Positions 41,617 through 50,043 of a stretch of 64,000 nucleotides of DNA are shown here, one piece after another. The notes under the pieces are model-generated. The model was not told the DNA's origin, did no database searches, and was given only the letters and a program-made list of their open reading frames with translations. The stretch is from an uncultured Elusimicrobium sp. (GTDB lineage: Bacteria; Elusimicrobiota; Elusimicrobia; Elusimicrobiales; Elusimicrobiaceae). The stretch is taken from the NCBI GenBank assembly GCA_964415545.1, contig CAYQAU010000003.1, positions 82,427 to 146,426 of the forward strand, written 5' to 3'. The first letter of the stretch is position 1. Every line of letters begins with the position of its first letter. A program made the position numbers and the translations under genes.

Positions 41617-41885
41617 GCACCACACAAGTAAAAAAGTATATTCGTTGGAATGTGCTTTTAAAATGGTGCTTTCAACAGTAATCAAACTTATATCCCCAGG
41701 ACTAATGCCACTCGTCGGAGGAGTTTTTAAATTTTACATTCTACTATGCACATTTAGCCTTACTTTGCGCAGCAAGTCAACGTTATTTTAAAGTCTTTTC
41801 CCTTACCAGTAAATGCAAAACTTATTTACTTTTTACTCTTTTTTTGTGTAAAATACTTATAAATAGAGTAAAAGGGGTGAGCAAC

Positions 41886-42908
41886 ATGAAACGTTTAAAA
41901 GAGCTGCGTGAGGCATTTAATTTGACTCAACAGGGTTTGGCGGAAAAACTCAAAACAAGTCAGCAGGCAATTGCACGCTGGGAAAACGGAAAGAGTGAGC
42001 CAAGTCTGTCTGCACTTAAGGACCTTGCATTGTTTTTTGGCACCAGCGTAGATGAATTGTTAAACTACGTAGCAACTGGGAAAAAGATTGCTACAAAACA
42101 TCGTTCTTTTTCAAAAGAGGAGTTTGATGGCTTTTGGGGACATATAGGTCTAAAAATAGCAGGTAAGCCATCATTATGGTTTCCTATTACGGAAGGTACC
42201 ATGAACGATATTTATAATAAAATCAAAAATATGAATATGGAAAATGAATGGCTGATGTTCGAAACCCTTGCTAATAAGTTTGTAGCTTGTAGGCCGGAAG
42301 GAGTTGAGAGGCTTATATTGCTTGATGATGATGCTGATCATCCGCAAGACGATTGGGAGATCACTTTACCATATAGCGGCTTGTCATTGGAGATTTATAG
42401 AGCATTTGAAGTATTGGAAGATGAACTTAGCCTTGAAGAGTGGGAAAAAATGCGTGAAATTATATCCAAATCTAAGAAAAAAGATAATCTAACAGATGCT
42501 GATATAAAATATTGGAAGGAAGTTGTTAAGAAAACAGTTCCTCTTTTTGAAGGGAAAACATCAGAGGAGTTTGTAAGTAGGGTGGTGGAGGAGTTTGCTA
42601 AATACTCACTATATGAATGGGAAAAATATTATCAAGCTATGCTTGCCATTAATGTTTATCGTGAGGATGGATCTGTGGAGGATTTTCTAAGCGAATCAGA
42701 AGATATAGATAATCTTATTTTTACCCTAGATAATTTAGAATTTGAAAACTTAAAGTTCATTAATTTTACACGCTATGAGAGCCCTGTCTTCATGCCCCTA
42801 TCAAAAATAAGTGTTATAACTATCCCATATACAGAGGTGCTCAAAGCGGAGAAAGAAGCGCAAGAAGAGTGCGATAAAGATTTTGATTCAGCGACAGAAT
42901 TAAAATAG
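41886..42908 (+). CDS. XRE-family HTH protein with a large uncharacterised C-terminal domain
   Basis: The start is at the ATG preceded by AAAGGGG. HTH_3 motif: LTQQGLAEKLKTSQQAIARWENGKSEPSLSALKDLALFFGTSVDELL. The remaining roughly 270 aa are acidic with no motif I recognise. Confidence 0.7.
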   Translation: MKRLKELREAFNLTQQGLAEKLKTSQQAIARWENGKSEPSLSALKDLALFFGTSVDELLNYVATGKKIATKHRSFSKEEFDGFWGHIGLKIAGKPSLWFPITEGTMNDIYNKIKNMNMENEWLMFETLANKFVACRPEGVERLILLDDDADHPQDDWEITLPYSGLSLEIYRAFEVLEDELSLEEWEKMREIISKSKKKDNLTDADIKYWKEVVKKTVPLFEGKTSEEFVSRVVEEFAKYSLYEWEKYYQAMLAINVYREDGSVEDFLSESEDIDNLIFTLDNLEFENLKFINFTRYESPVFMPLSKISVITIPYTEVLKAEKEAQEECDKDFDSATELK

Positions 42909-43631
42909 AGTATCGGGTTTTAATATTGCAGGATATTCCTGGCAGATTTGGCCTTGCAGGAGTTTACCGCTATTATGTTTGTTAAACCCGCTCCATTGTT
43001 CAAAAAAGAATGGAACGTTTTGTGTTTTACACTGCTCTCTTATATCCAAAACCCATTCTTCCAGCATTGGCCTAGCATAACGCCCGCTCTCTCCACCCAC
43101 AATTGCCCAATCTATGCCGGATAACTTAAGATCGGGGATAGAGGAAATTAATGGTTCCAGAGATAGAAATCTGGTTTTAGCTCCACATTTTTTTAGTAAA
43201 TCAATTCTGTCTGTATATTTATCGCTTTCTATAGTAACACCCATTATAATATTGGGAGACCAGGACACTTCTTTATTTAATTCAAATAGGCGTTCCGGAC
43301 GTTTTGTCAGTACCAGAAACTTGTGCCAATGAGCTCTATTCATTACATCAAAAACTTTTAAAATAAATTCTTTGGAAATTTGTTCATGTAAAAGGTCACT
43401 CATAGAACAAACAAAAATGGTTTTTGTTTTCTTCCATTTAAGCGGAATAGAAAGAGAATCAGGATGTTCTGTAACTTTAAATCCATTTTTATATTGTGCT
43501 GTACCAAGCATTTTAAGCCTATGCGCCATACGCTCTGCATAACAATTTTTACAACCGTCAGATTTTTTGCTACAGCCGGTTACAGGGTTCCAGGTGGCTT
43601 CAGTCCAACCTATTTTAGATTTGCTTGCCAT
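42900..43631 (-). CDS. DUF5131 (phage Gp37/Gp68 family) protein
   Basis: The N-terminal IGWTEATWNPVTGCSKKSDGCKNCYA is characteristic of the Gp37/Gp68 family. The 3' end overlaps the convergent XRE gene by 9 nt. Confidence 0.7.
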   Translation of the reverse strand: MASKSKIGWTEATWNPVTGCSKKSDGCKNCYAERMAHRLKMLGTAQYKNGFKVTEHPDSLSIPLKWKKTKTIFVCSMSDLLHEQISKEFILKVFDVMNRAHWHKFLVLTKRPERLFELNKEVSWSPNIIMGVTIESDKYTDRIDLLKKCGAKTRFLSLEPLISSIPDLKLSGIDWAIVGGESGRYARPMLEEWVLDIREQCKTQNVPFFFEQWSGFNKHNSGKLLQGQICQEYPAILKPDTLF

Positions 43632-43653
43632 AAAGTAATTTTATTATTAACTA

Positions 43654-43785
43654 TTAAATTATATGTTTTTTAAATTTTATAAATTTTTCTTTAGCATAAC
43701 GTGGAGAACTTTCAATAGCCGTATTAACTTTGTCGGGTATTATTATACCCAATATCAATAATATAATTAAGAATTCTGTAGTCAT
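43654..43785 (-). CDS. possible 43-aa small membrane peptide upstream of DUF5131
   Basis: Own translation: MTTEFLIILLILGIIIPDKVNTAIESSPRYAKEKFIKFKKHII, with one hydrophobic helix. It ends 22 nt before the DUF5131 start. There is no good SD at the usual distance. Confidence 0.2.
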   Translation of the reverse strand: MTTEFLIILLILGIIIPDKVNTAIESSPRYAKEKFIKFKKHII

Positions 43786-44028
43786 GATCAATTCAAATAA
43801 AATATCTCCTTTTGCATATAATTTATTACTAGAAAAATGAATATATTGGTTCCTTGTATTAACAATTAATTTCGAAATATTTTTAAAATCATTAATGGAT
43901 ATTTTTTACAAGAGTACTGCGGTAAAGATGTTATATATATCACTAAATCGGCTATTTAATGGCAGTTCGGCAATATATCCCAACCTTGATTTTAACCCTT
44001 CAGACTGCTCTTTTGTTAAGGGATATTT

Positions 44029-44445
44029 TTAAATTTCTTCTCTGATTTCCTTTTGTATGTTTTTCCAGATGTTTTTATCTATAAAGTATTTGTTATAAAA
44101 ACATTGATGCAGAACTTCTAAGACTTGAACATAAAACAATAAAGTTGGAATGTCGAGCGTTACATGATTGCTCGGGCCGTCTTCAAATTCATGTGGGTAC
44201 CTATATAAAAACAGTGATATAATATCTTTCTGAAGGAGGCAGTTTTCTAATATTTCAGACATATTTGTAACGAAAAAATGGAAGCTTAGCGCTAGATGGG
44301 GTTGCTTTAAATAACTTGGTAAAGTCTTATAGCACTTCTCTTTTTTAAATATAAGATCTATTTTCCTATTGTTTTTAAATCCTACACAAGAATAAATATA
44401 AAAAGGTTCATGTATTGTAAACATGATTTTAAGTAATTCTAGCAT
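44029..44445 (-). CDS. hypothetical protein (138 aa)
   Basis: ORF only, with no recognisable motif. It is in the same frame as the upstream ORF and separated from it by two TAA codons. Confidence 0.35.
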   Translation of the reverse strand: MLELLKIMFTIHEPFYIYSCVGFKNNRKIDLIFKKEKCYKTLPSYLKQPHLALSFHFFVTNMSEILENCLLQKDIISLFLYRYPHEFEDGPSNHVTLDIPTLLFYVQVLEVLHQCFYNKYFIDKNIWKNIQKEIREEI

Positions 44446-44463
44446 TGGGGGTATAACTTAAGT

Positions 44464-44829
44464 TTAAATATATATAAAATTTTTTCCTTTCGGGAATATT
44501 CTTATATGAGTTTTCTTAAAATAGTCACTTGGGGAGCATCCTGGCGGTAGAAATGCTTTTTTGTATCTTCTTTTGCCTATTTTAAACCAAGTGCCCTCAA
44601 TTTTGAGATCAATACCTGAGATACTAAAAAGTGAATTTTTAAATTTCTTATATGCGGTTGCAATGTCTTCTTTTGATTTTATGAAGTCACCTGACCACTC
44701 ATCAAGTCTATCTAATTCAATAAGAATAGAATCAAAAAGTATATCAGAGGAACTATTGAAGTGTTCCCCTCTAAATAAAAACTTTGAAAAGCTAATTCTC
44801 TCCACTCTGTCGCCTCTTGTATTTTGCAT
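44464..44829 (-). CDS. hypothetical protein (121 aa from first ATG; the open frame continues upstream to about 45042 without a canonical start)
   Basis: ORF only. About 71 further sense codons lie upstream of the first ATG, so the gene is possibly 5'-truncated. Confidence 0.35.
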   Translation of the reverse strand: MQNTRGDRVERISFSKFLFRGEHFNSSSDILFDSILIELDRLDEWSGDFIKSKEDIATAYKKFKNSLFSISGIDLKIEGTWFKIGKRRYKKAFLPPGCSPSDYFKKTHIRIFPKGKNFIYI

Positions 44830-45168
44830 TGGAGAAAGGTCAATAAAAGTTAATTTTTCTTTTGTTTTATCAACGGTGGCGTGAACTATAGGGTAATTTT
44901 GATTTGACGAAGATTTTTTCGTGTAAAGGGCGGGGTAATACCATGTTATACAATCTAGTTTTCCAAATTTAAATTCTTTATAATCATTTTCCCAAAATTT
45001 GATTTTTAAAAATTTTTTGCCATATATAACAATAATAAACTTTCAAAGACGAATCAATTCAGATATATTTTTGTGTATCCTTCAATAATATATTACAACT
45101 TTATTTTATTGGTATATACTTATTCTGATTTTGGGGAAAAGAGCTATTAAGTTGTTATTGCCTCTTCA

Positions 45169-45495
45169 GTGTTTATAGATAAGGCAGCTTATCTTATTAA
45201 AGATGGTGTGTCTGAGCTAATAATCTATATAAGTATAGCGGACTTTATTAAGTTTTTGCATAGCTATAGTGTTGATGATTATTATAATGAAAAATTAATT
45301 TCTTGTGATAATATATGTATCAGTAAAGATAAAAATCAGATAATTATCAGGACGGAATTCGTTATAGATAATATGACAAAAAACAGATCTGTCCATGGCC
45401 CGCTTAAAAATGCTCTAACCATAAGGGAAATAAATGAGGGCTTAGCTCTGAGCTGGAAGTATATGAAAGTTTTGGCGCAGGGTAAAAAGATTTAG
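45169..45495 (+). CDS. hypothetical protein (108 aa, GTG start)
   Basis: ORF only, with no motif recognised. Confidence 0.25.
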   Translation: MFIDKAAYLIKDGVSELIIYISIADFIKFLHSYSVDDYYNEKLISCDNICISKDKNQIIIRTEFVIDNMTKNRSVHGPLKNALTIREINEGLALSWKYMKVLAQGKKI

Positions 45496-45685
45496 AAAAA
45501 GAAACAGGCTAAAACCATCGCACAATACAAAGATATATAAAGCTATCCTACCTATCTCCCAATATAGTCTATGATATCTTTGAAAATAAAAATCCTAAAA
45601 ACCTGCGTCTAAAAGAACTTCTCACAATAGCCTCTTACGAAAACTTTAAAGAGCAGGAAGCAGTTTGGGCTGCTAGAGAATAGGT

Positions 45686-46561
45686 TTATTCACAGAAGCT
45701 ATTTTCTCCTGGATGACACCAATGAGGAATGTTTGCTTCTATATATTTATTAAAATTACCCTCAATTAATACCTTATCATCAATCCCATCACCGTAAAAT
45801 GTATCTATAATTATTTCATTAAGAAACCAATCCCCAAATATTGCATCACAGTGTGGACAGCCAAAAGATAAATACGAGCTATCAACTGTTTTACTGTGTC
45901 TCTCTTTTATTGTTCCTATATTTATATGTTTTCCTTCTTTTGAATTTATATATTCATTTACCTTAGCTAATACTTCCGGCGCAAATATCAACTTATCGGA
46001 GGACCACATCGCATCATGCTCAAATATTTCAGCATTACATGGGGAAATAAACCCGCCGATATAATAAATATAGTACTCAAAACCACATTTCCAGCATTCT
46101 TGCTTGATAAATCTAATTTCTGCTTTAGGCAGTCTAAGTATTTTACAAAAGCTAATTTTCTTTTGAAGGAAATCTTTAATGAAAGTATCAAGTGGGAGGC
46201 ACTTCCTTTCTTTGAGGGATACATGGATTTTTCCGTTGATATTATTTAGTTTGAATAAAGGAAGATCCTTTAATTCTCCTTTTAATTTTGCAGGTTCTTT
46301 TTCAAACAGCCAGCAAGCAACAATTCCATCTCGATGGTATTTTTCCTGTCTTTCCAATGTTTTCTTTAAAGATTGTCTGCTGGTTTGAACTTCAAAGGCG
46401 TAGTTGATGTCATTGGCAGTTACAAAAACATCGGCCCGCCAGCCTTTGCCTCGATATTCTTCTTTAGTTCTAAACCCCAATGCTTCACAGATATCTAATA
46501 TTTGTACTTTTATCCTATCATGTGAAATTGGAGTTTTATTTTCTTCTTTTAAATTGTTCAT
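45686..46561 (-). CDS. PD-(D/E)xK nuclease-fold protein (CoiA-like core) with C-terminal Cys-rich zinc-ribbon region
   Basis: AAGGAG SD. The N-terminal ...GWRADVFV...YAFEVQTSRQS... fits a D...ExQ/K nuclease core. The C-terminal half has CWKCG ... CPHCDAIFGDW ... HWCHPG cysteine/histidine pairs. Confidence 0.5.
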   Translation of the reverse strand: MNNLKEENKTPISHDRIKVQILDICEALGFRTKEEYRGKGWRADVFVTANDINYAFEVQTSRQSLKKTLERQEKYHRDGIVACWLFEKEPAKLKGELKDLPLFKLNNINGKIHVSLKERKCLPLDTFIKDFLQKKISFCKILRLPKAEIRFIKQECWKCGFEYYIYYIGGFISPCNAEIFEHDAMWSSDKLIFAPEVLAKVNEYINSKEGKHINIGTIKERHSKTVDSSYLSFGCPHCDAIFGDWFLNEIIIDTFYGDGIDDKVLIEGNFNKYIEANIPHWCHPGENSFCE

Positions 46562-46710
46562 AAGAAAAACTCCTTAGACTATAGTGTAACTTGATTGTGA
46601 AGGATTGTAAATATCCCTGTATTTAAATAAGATATCTAAACACTTTAAAAACAGAGAAGCGGAGTGGAACTTGATATAATTTTAGTAAATATTTACAAAG
46701 GAGATAGGCT

Positions 46711-47325
46711 ATGGGAAATATTTGGGAAATGGTTGGTGGTATTATGATTAGTTTCGGGGGAGCAGGAGCTATAGTTTTAGTAATTATAAAATTTAGTTCT
46801 AATATCATTATAGATAAACTTTCAAAAAAATACCAACATTTACTGGATGAGAAGTTGGAAGCACATAAATTCGTGTTGGATAAGAAAAATTTTATAAGTA
46901 AAATTCGTTTTGATGCGGAATTTGCAATATATAAATCTCTGTCTGGAAAGGTTTTAGATATGGTGTTCAAAGGAAATGCTCTTTACCCTGCATTGGATAA
47001 TCTGCCTGTAGATAAAGAAGAGTTAAAAAATATGTATGTAGATCGCTTAAAAGAAGCTGTTGATTCCTATAATATCGCTAATAGAGAAATACAAGCAAAT
47101 GCTCCATTTATTCCTAAGGAAATATATCCGAAGTTTACTGTTTTAAGAGACTCATGTTTAAATCGTATATCGTTATTTCGTACATATGTTATTATTGCCC
47201 CAGAAAATGACTATTATAAGGAAAGAGATAAGATATATGGTCTTAATGATTCAATAGATATGCAGCAAGAAAGCTTAATAAATGGTCTTAGAGAATATCT
47301 TTCTAACCTAGAAGTTTTAGGTTAG
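46711..47325 (+). CDS. single-pass membrane protein of unknown function (204 aa)
   Basis: AAAGGAGA SD, an N-terminal TM helix (MVGGIMISFGGAGAIVLVIIKF), then a helical soluble domain. It is divergent from the nuclease gene. Confidence 0.5.
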   Translation: MGNIWEMVGGIMISFGGAGAIVLVIIKFSSNIIIDKLSKKYQHLLDEKLEAHKFVLDKKNFISKIRFDAEFAIYKSLSGKVLDMVFKGNALYPALDNLPVDKEELKNMYVDRLKEAVDSYNIANREIQANAPFIPKEIYPKFTVLRDSCLNRISLFRTYVIIAPENDYYKERDKIYGLNDSIDMQQESLINGLREYLSNLEVLG

Positions 47326-47880
47326 CAGCGATACCTGGAAACAGGGCATTGTATAGATTGCCTATAAAAAGGCCATATTTGCCCATTATATTGATCTATA
47401 CAAGAATGGCAACGGGCAAAATACCAAAACTCTCGTCGTACAATTTATTTAAAAATACAAAAGGAGCACACTTTTAAGTGTGCCCCTTTAAAATGGTGCG
47501 GTAGAAAATACCGACCGCCAATAGCTTATAAGACAGTGACTATTGCGGGTGGCGAGATTACCCTGCTAACAGGCCAAAAACAGGCTAAAAACACAGATTT
47601 GAGCTACTATTTTGCTGATTGATGTGTCTTTCCCAAATTCGATTCCTGTTAGGCGCACCTAGCCTGTTTTGTAGGTTTTATATGTCTATATATGGCACTT
47701 TTGGTTTTTGGGAGTAGAATGGGTGGTGGAAATCCTGAAATCCCTGATATTCCCGCATTTTACAGGGAAATCCATTAAAAATGTGCTTTTTTAGCCATTT
47801 TCACGGGTTTTTAGATGGATTTTCCCCAATACAAACTGCCTGAGACATCTAAAATTCCCTAAGCCTCACAACAGGGAATA

Positions 47881-48453
47881 TCAGTGAATGTTATTTTTTA
47901 TTTGAAAGCTATCTGCTTCACTCTCAGGATCTATCTCAATCCAATCTCCATTTTTATCTCGGATCATTTTGTGTTTTACAACATCATCGTTGCTTATAAT
48001 ATCTATTAATTCAATAAGTTTAGATACAGAAATGTGCCAAACTTTTTCGTTTCTTGTTTTATCGCTATTAATAAAAATACCTGTTGGAATATTTCTATCA
48101 AAATGAAAATCAAATACCCAACTATGTATTATGGAATTACATAGGGTGTTTAGGTCCATATTTGCTTTTGAGGGGTTATCTATATCATAATATTTTTCAA
48201 TTTCATGTCTATCTAAGTGTGTTATATTGCCTTTTTTGTTTTTATAAACTAAAACCGGGATATTTGTATTTCTAATATGATAGGAGAGTTTTTTTGATTC
48301 TTTAAGTTTTCTAATCACATATGCAGAAATAAATATTTCTTTCTCTAAACGTGCGAGGCTGAGCTCACTCCAACGGGTTTGAATAGAATATTTTTTCAAT
48401 ATTTTAGAAATTCTAAATAACTCTCTTTTGTAAATCCAGGATTCATATATCAT
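47881..48453 (-). CDS. hypothetical protein (about 190 aa)
   Basis: The start is set at ATG 48453, preceded by GAGGA. No motif is recognised. It is divergent from the Pif1-like gene. Confidence 0.45.
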   Translation of the reverse strand: MIYESWIYKRELFRISKILKKYSIQTRWSELSLARLEKEIFISAYVIRKLKESKKLSYHIRNTNIPVLVYKNKKGNITHLDRHEIEKYYDIDNPSKANMDLNTLCNSIIHSWVFDFHFDRNIPTGIFINSDKTRNEKVWHISVSKLIELIDIISNDDVVKHKMIRDKNGDWIEIDPESEADSFQIKNNIH

Positions 48454-48532
48454 AGTAACATCCTCTATGATGAAAATATAGTACAAATTTAGTATCTTAT
48501 TCCTATATAATACAAGAAAAAGGGGTATATAA

Positions 48533-50035
48533 ATGGGCGTTATTATTTTTATTCTAATTATTATTGGTATAGCTTGCTATTTGGCTTTTAAAGATTCCTC
48601 TAATACTTCTACAAATTATCCTGTAACTGAACCCAGTCAGCCATCGTCACAGAAAACAGTTAAACAAGAAACAGCCTCATCCCAAGTAGAGATAACCCCA
48701 GAATTTTTAGAGGCATTAAATCTTATAAGTCAAGGTAAAAATGTTTTTATACATGGTAAACCAGGAACTGGTAAATCTACTTTCATTAGAAGGTTAAAAA
48801 CCTATTGCGATGAAAAAGCGCATTTGAATGGCAAAATGGTCATTTCTGCGCCCACAGGTATTGCTGCTATGAATGCTAAGGGGCAGATTTTACATTCTAT
48901 GCTGTGGTTAGACCCGAAAGATATTCATAAGCCTTTGACTGAGAGAACTTTGTTTAATTTGCAGCGGCGAACATTTGCTGTTGGAGTTATTGTTATCGAT
49001 GAGGTTGCTATGATTCGTGCTGATATGTTGGATGCTGTTAATGCGCGTTTGCAACAAATATTTGAAAATAAAAATCCTTTTGGTGGGAAACAAGCAATAT
49101 TTGTTGGTGATTTATATCAGCTTGACCCCGTTGTTGATGAGGATTCAGAGCTAGCGCAAGATGCCTATTTTATGTCCAAGTACGGTTCAGAACAGGCCTT
49201 TTTGTTTAATTCTCCAGTTTTTGAACAACTAGGGTTTAACCATGTGTTTTTTACGAAGATTTTTAGACAAAAAGATCAAGATTTCATTAGTAACTTAGAT
49301 TTTGTCAGAATAGGGAAGTATCCTGAGATATATTCTGCCTTGCAGTATTTCAATCGCCAGCTTGTTGATGACCGTCCTGAAAATATTCTTTCTTTATGTG
49401 CAAAGAAAAAAGATGCAGAGCAGATAAATATGGAGCAATTAAATCTACTTCCTGGAAAGGAGTATATTTGTCAGGCTGTAATAAGAGATGATAATAAAAA
49501 ATATTGGAGCAAAAAGAAGGAGTTCCCGGCTCCATTGGCTTTAAAATTGAAAGTTGGCGCAGTTGTTCTGATTCTTAAAAACGATGAAAGCAGTAGTAAA
49601 AGATGGGCAAACGGCAGTATTGGCACCATAACAAAAATCAGAGAATATGACGGAATAATAGGTGAGATAGAAGTGAAATTGGATCACTATTATGTTCCGG
49701 TTACAATTCAACGAGATGCTTGGTACAAAATTAAAATGGATGAAAAGGGGAACCAGGTAGAAGATAAAGAGGTTTTCTTTAAACAATTTCCGCTACAGCT
49801 TGCGTGGGCCTGTACAATACATAAGGCGCAGGGACTCACGTTAGATAAGGCCTATATAGATATTGGTAACGGCGCGTTTAGCGCAGGGCAAACATATGTC
49901 GCATTGAGCAGAATTCGTTCTGTGCAAGGATTATTTTTAAAGAAAACTTTAACGCCGAGAGATATTATTATTGATAATTCGGTAAAAGAATTTTTTGAGA
50001 AGATTAATAAATACTCTTTACAGGCAATAGATTAG
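48533..50035 (+). CDS. Pif1/RecD-family SF1B helicase with N-terminal transmembrane anchor
   Basis: TM helix GVIIFILIIIGIACYLAF, then an S/T/Q linker. Walker A GKPGTGKST and Walker B VIVIDEVAM. The C-terminal LAWACTIHKAQGLTLDKAYI and YVALSRIRS blocks are typical of Pif1/RecD. Confidence 0.75.
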   Translation: MGVIIFILIIIGIACYLAFKDSSNTSTNYPVTEPSQPSSQKTVKQETASSQVEITPEFLEALNLISQGKNVFIHGKPGTGKSTFIRRLKTYCDEKAHLNGKMVISAPTGIAAMNAKGQILHSMLWLDPKDIHKPLTERTLFNLQRRTFAVGVIVIDEVAMIRADMLDAVNARLQQIFENKNPFGGKQAIFVGDLYQLDPVVDEDSELAQDAYFMSKYGSEQAFLFNSPVFEQLGFNHVFFTKIFRQKDQDFISNLDFVRIGKYPEIYSALQYFNRQLVDDRPENILSLCAKKKDAEQINMEQLNLLPGKEYICQAVIRDDNKKYWSKKKEFPAPLALKLKVGAVVLILKNDESSSKRWANGSIGTITKIREYDGIIGEIEVKLDHYYVPVTIQRDAWYKIKMDEKGNQVEDKEVFFKQFPLQLAWACTIHKAQGLTLDKAYIDIGNGAFSAGQTYVALSRIRSVQGLFLKKTLTPRDIIIDNSVKEFFEKINKYSLQAID

Positions 50036-50043
50036 AGGTTATT

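Noticed and set aside
41515-41622. tRNA, tmRNA or hammerhead ribozyme interpretation of the structured region (7-bp closing stem followed by GCACCA; CCGATGAG resembling CUGAUGAG).
   Set aside because: The 102-nt three-way junction has no D-arm or T-arm loops and no 7-nt anticodon loop. The hammerhead core would have C at the invariant U4, and the helices are not arranged around CUGANGA/GAAA.
45513-45683. 56-codon open frame without a start codon (…YDIFENKNPKNLRLKELLTIASYENFKEQEAVWAARE*), possibly the 3' remnant of a gene.
   Set aside because: It has no start codon, no recognisable family and is too short to evaluate. I note it only as possible debris.
41658-47600. Shared short words between the two large gaps and the 45.5-kb region (TTTAAAATGGTGC; AACAGGCTAAAA).
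   Set aside because: Exact 12-13-mers are expected many times by chance among all position pairs in 64 kb of A+T-rich DNA. There is no extended similarity around them.
47577-47670. 11-bp inverted repeat AAAACAGGCTA / TAGCCTGTTTT enclosing 72 nt (tRNA-sized) around the tRNA-like fragment.
   Set aside because: The enclosed sequence does not fold as a tRNA, because there is no matching 5' acceptor strand. One 11-bp inverted repeat within 100 nt is about what chance predicts in this window.
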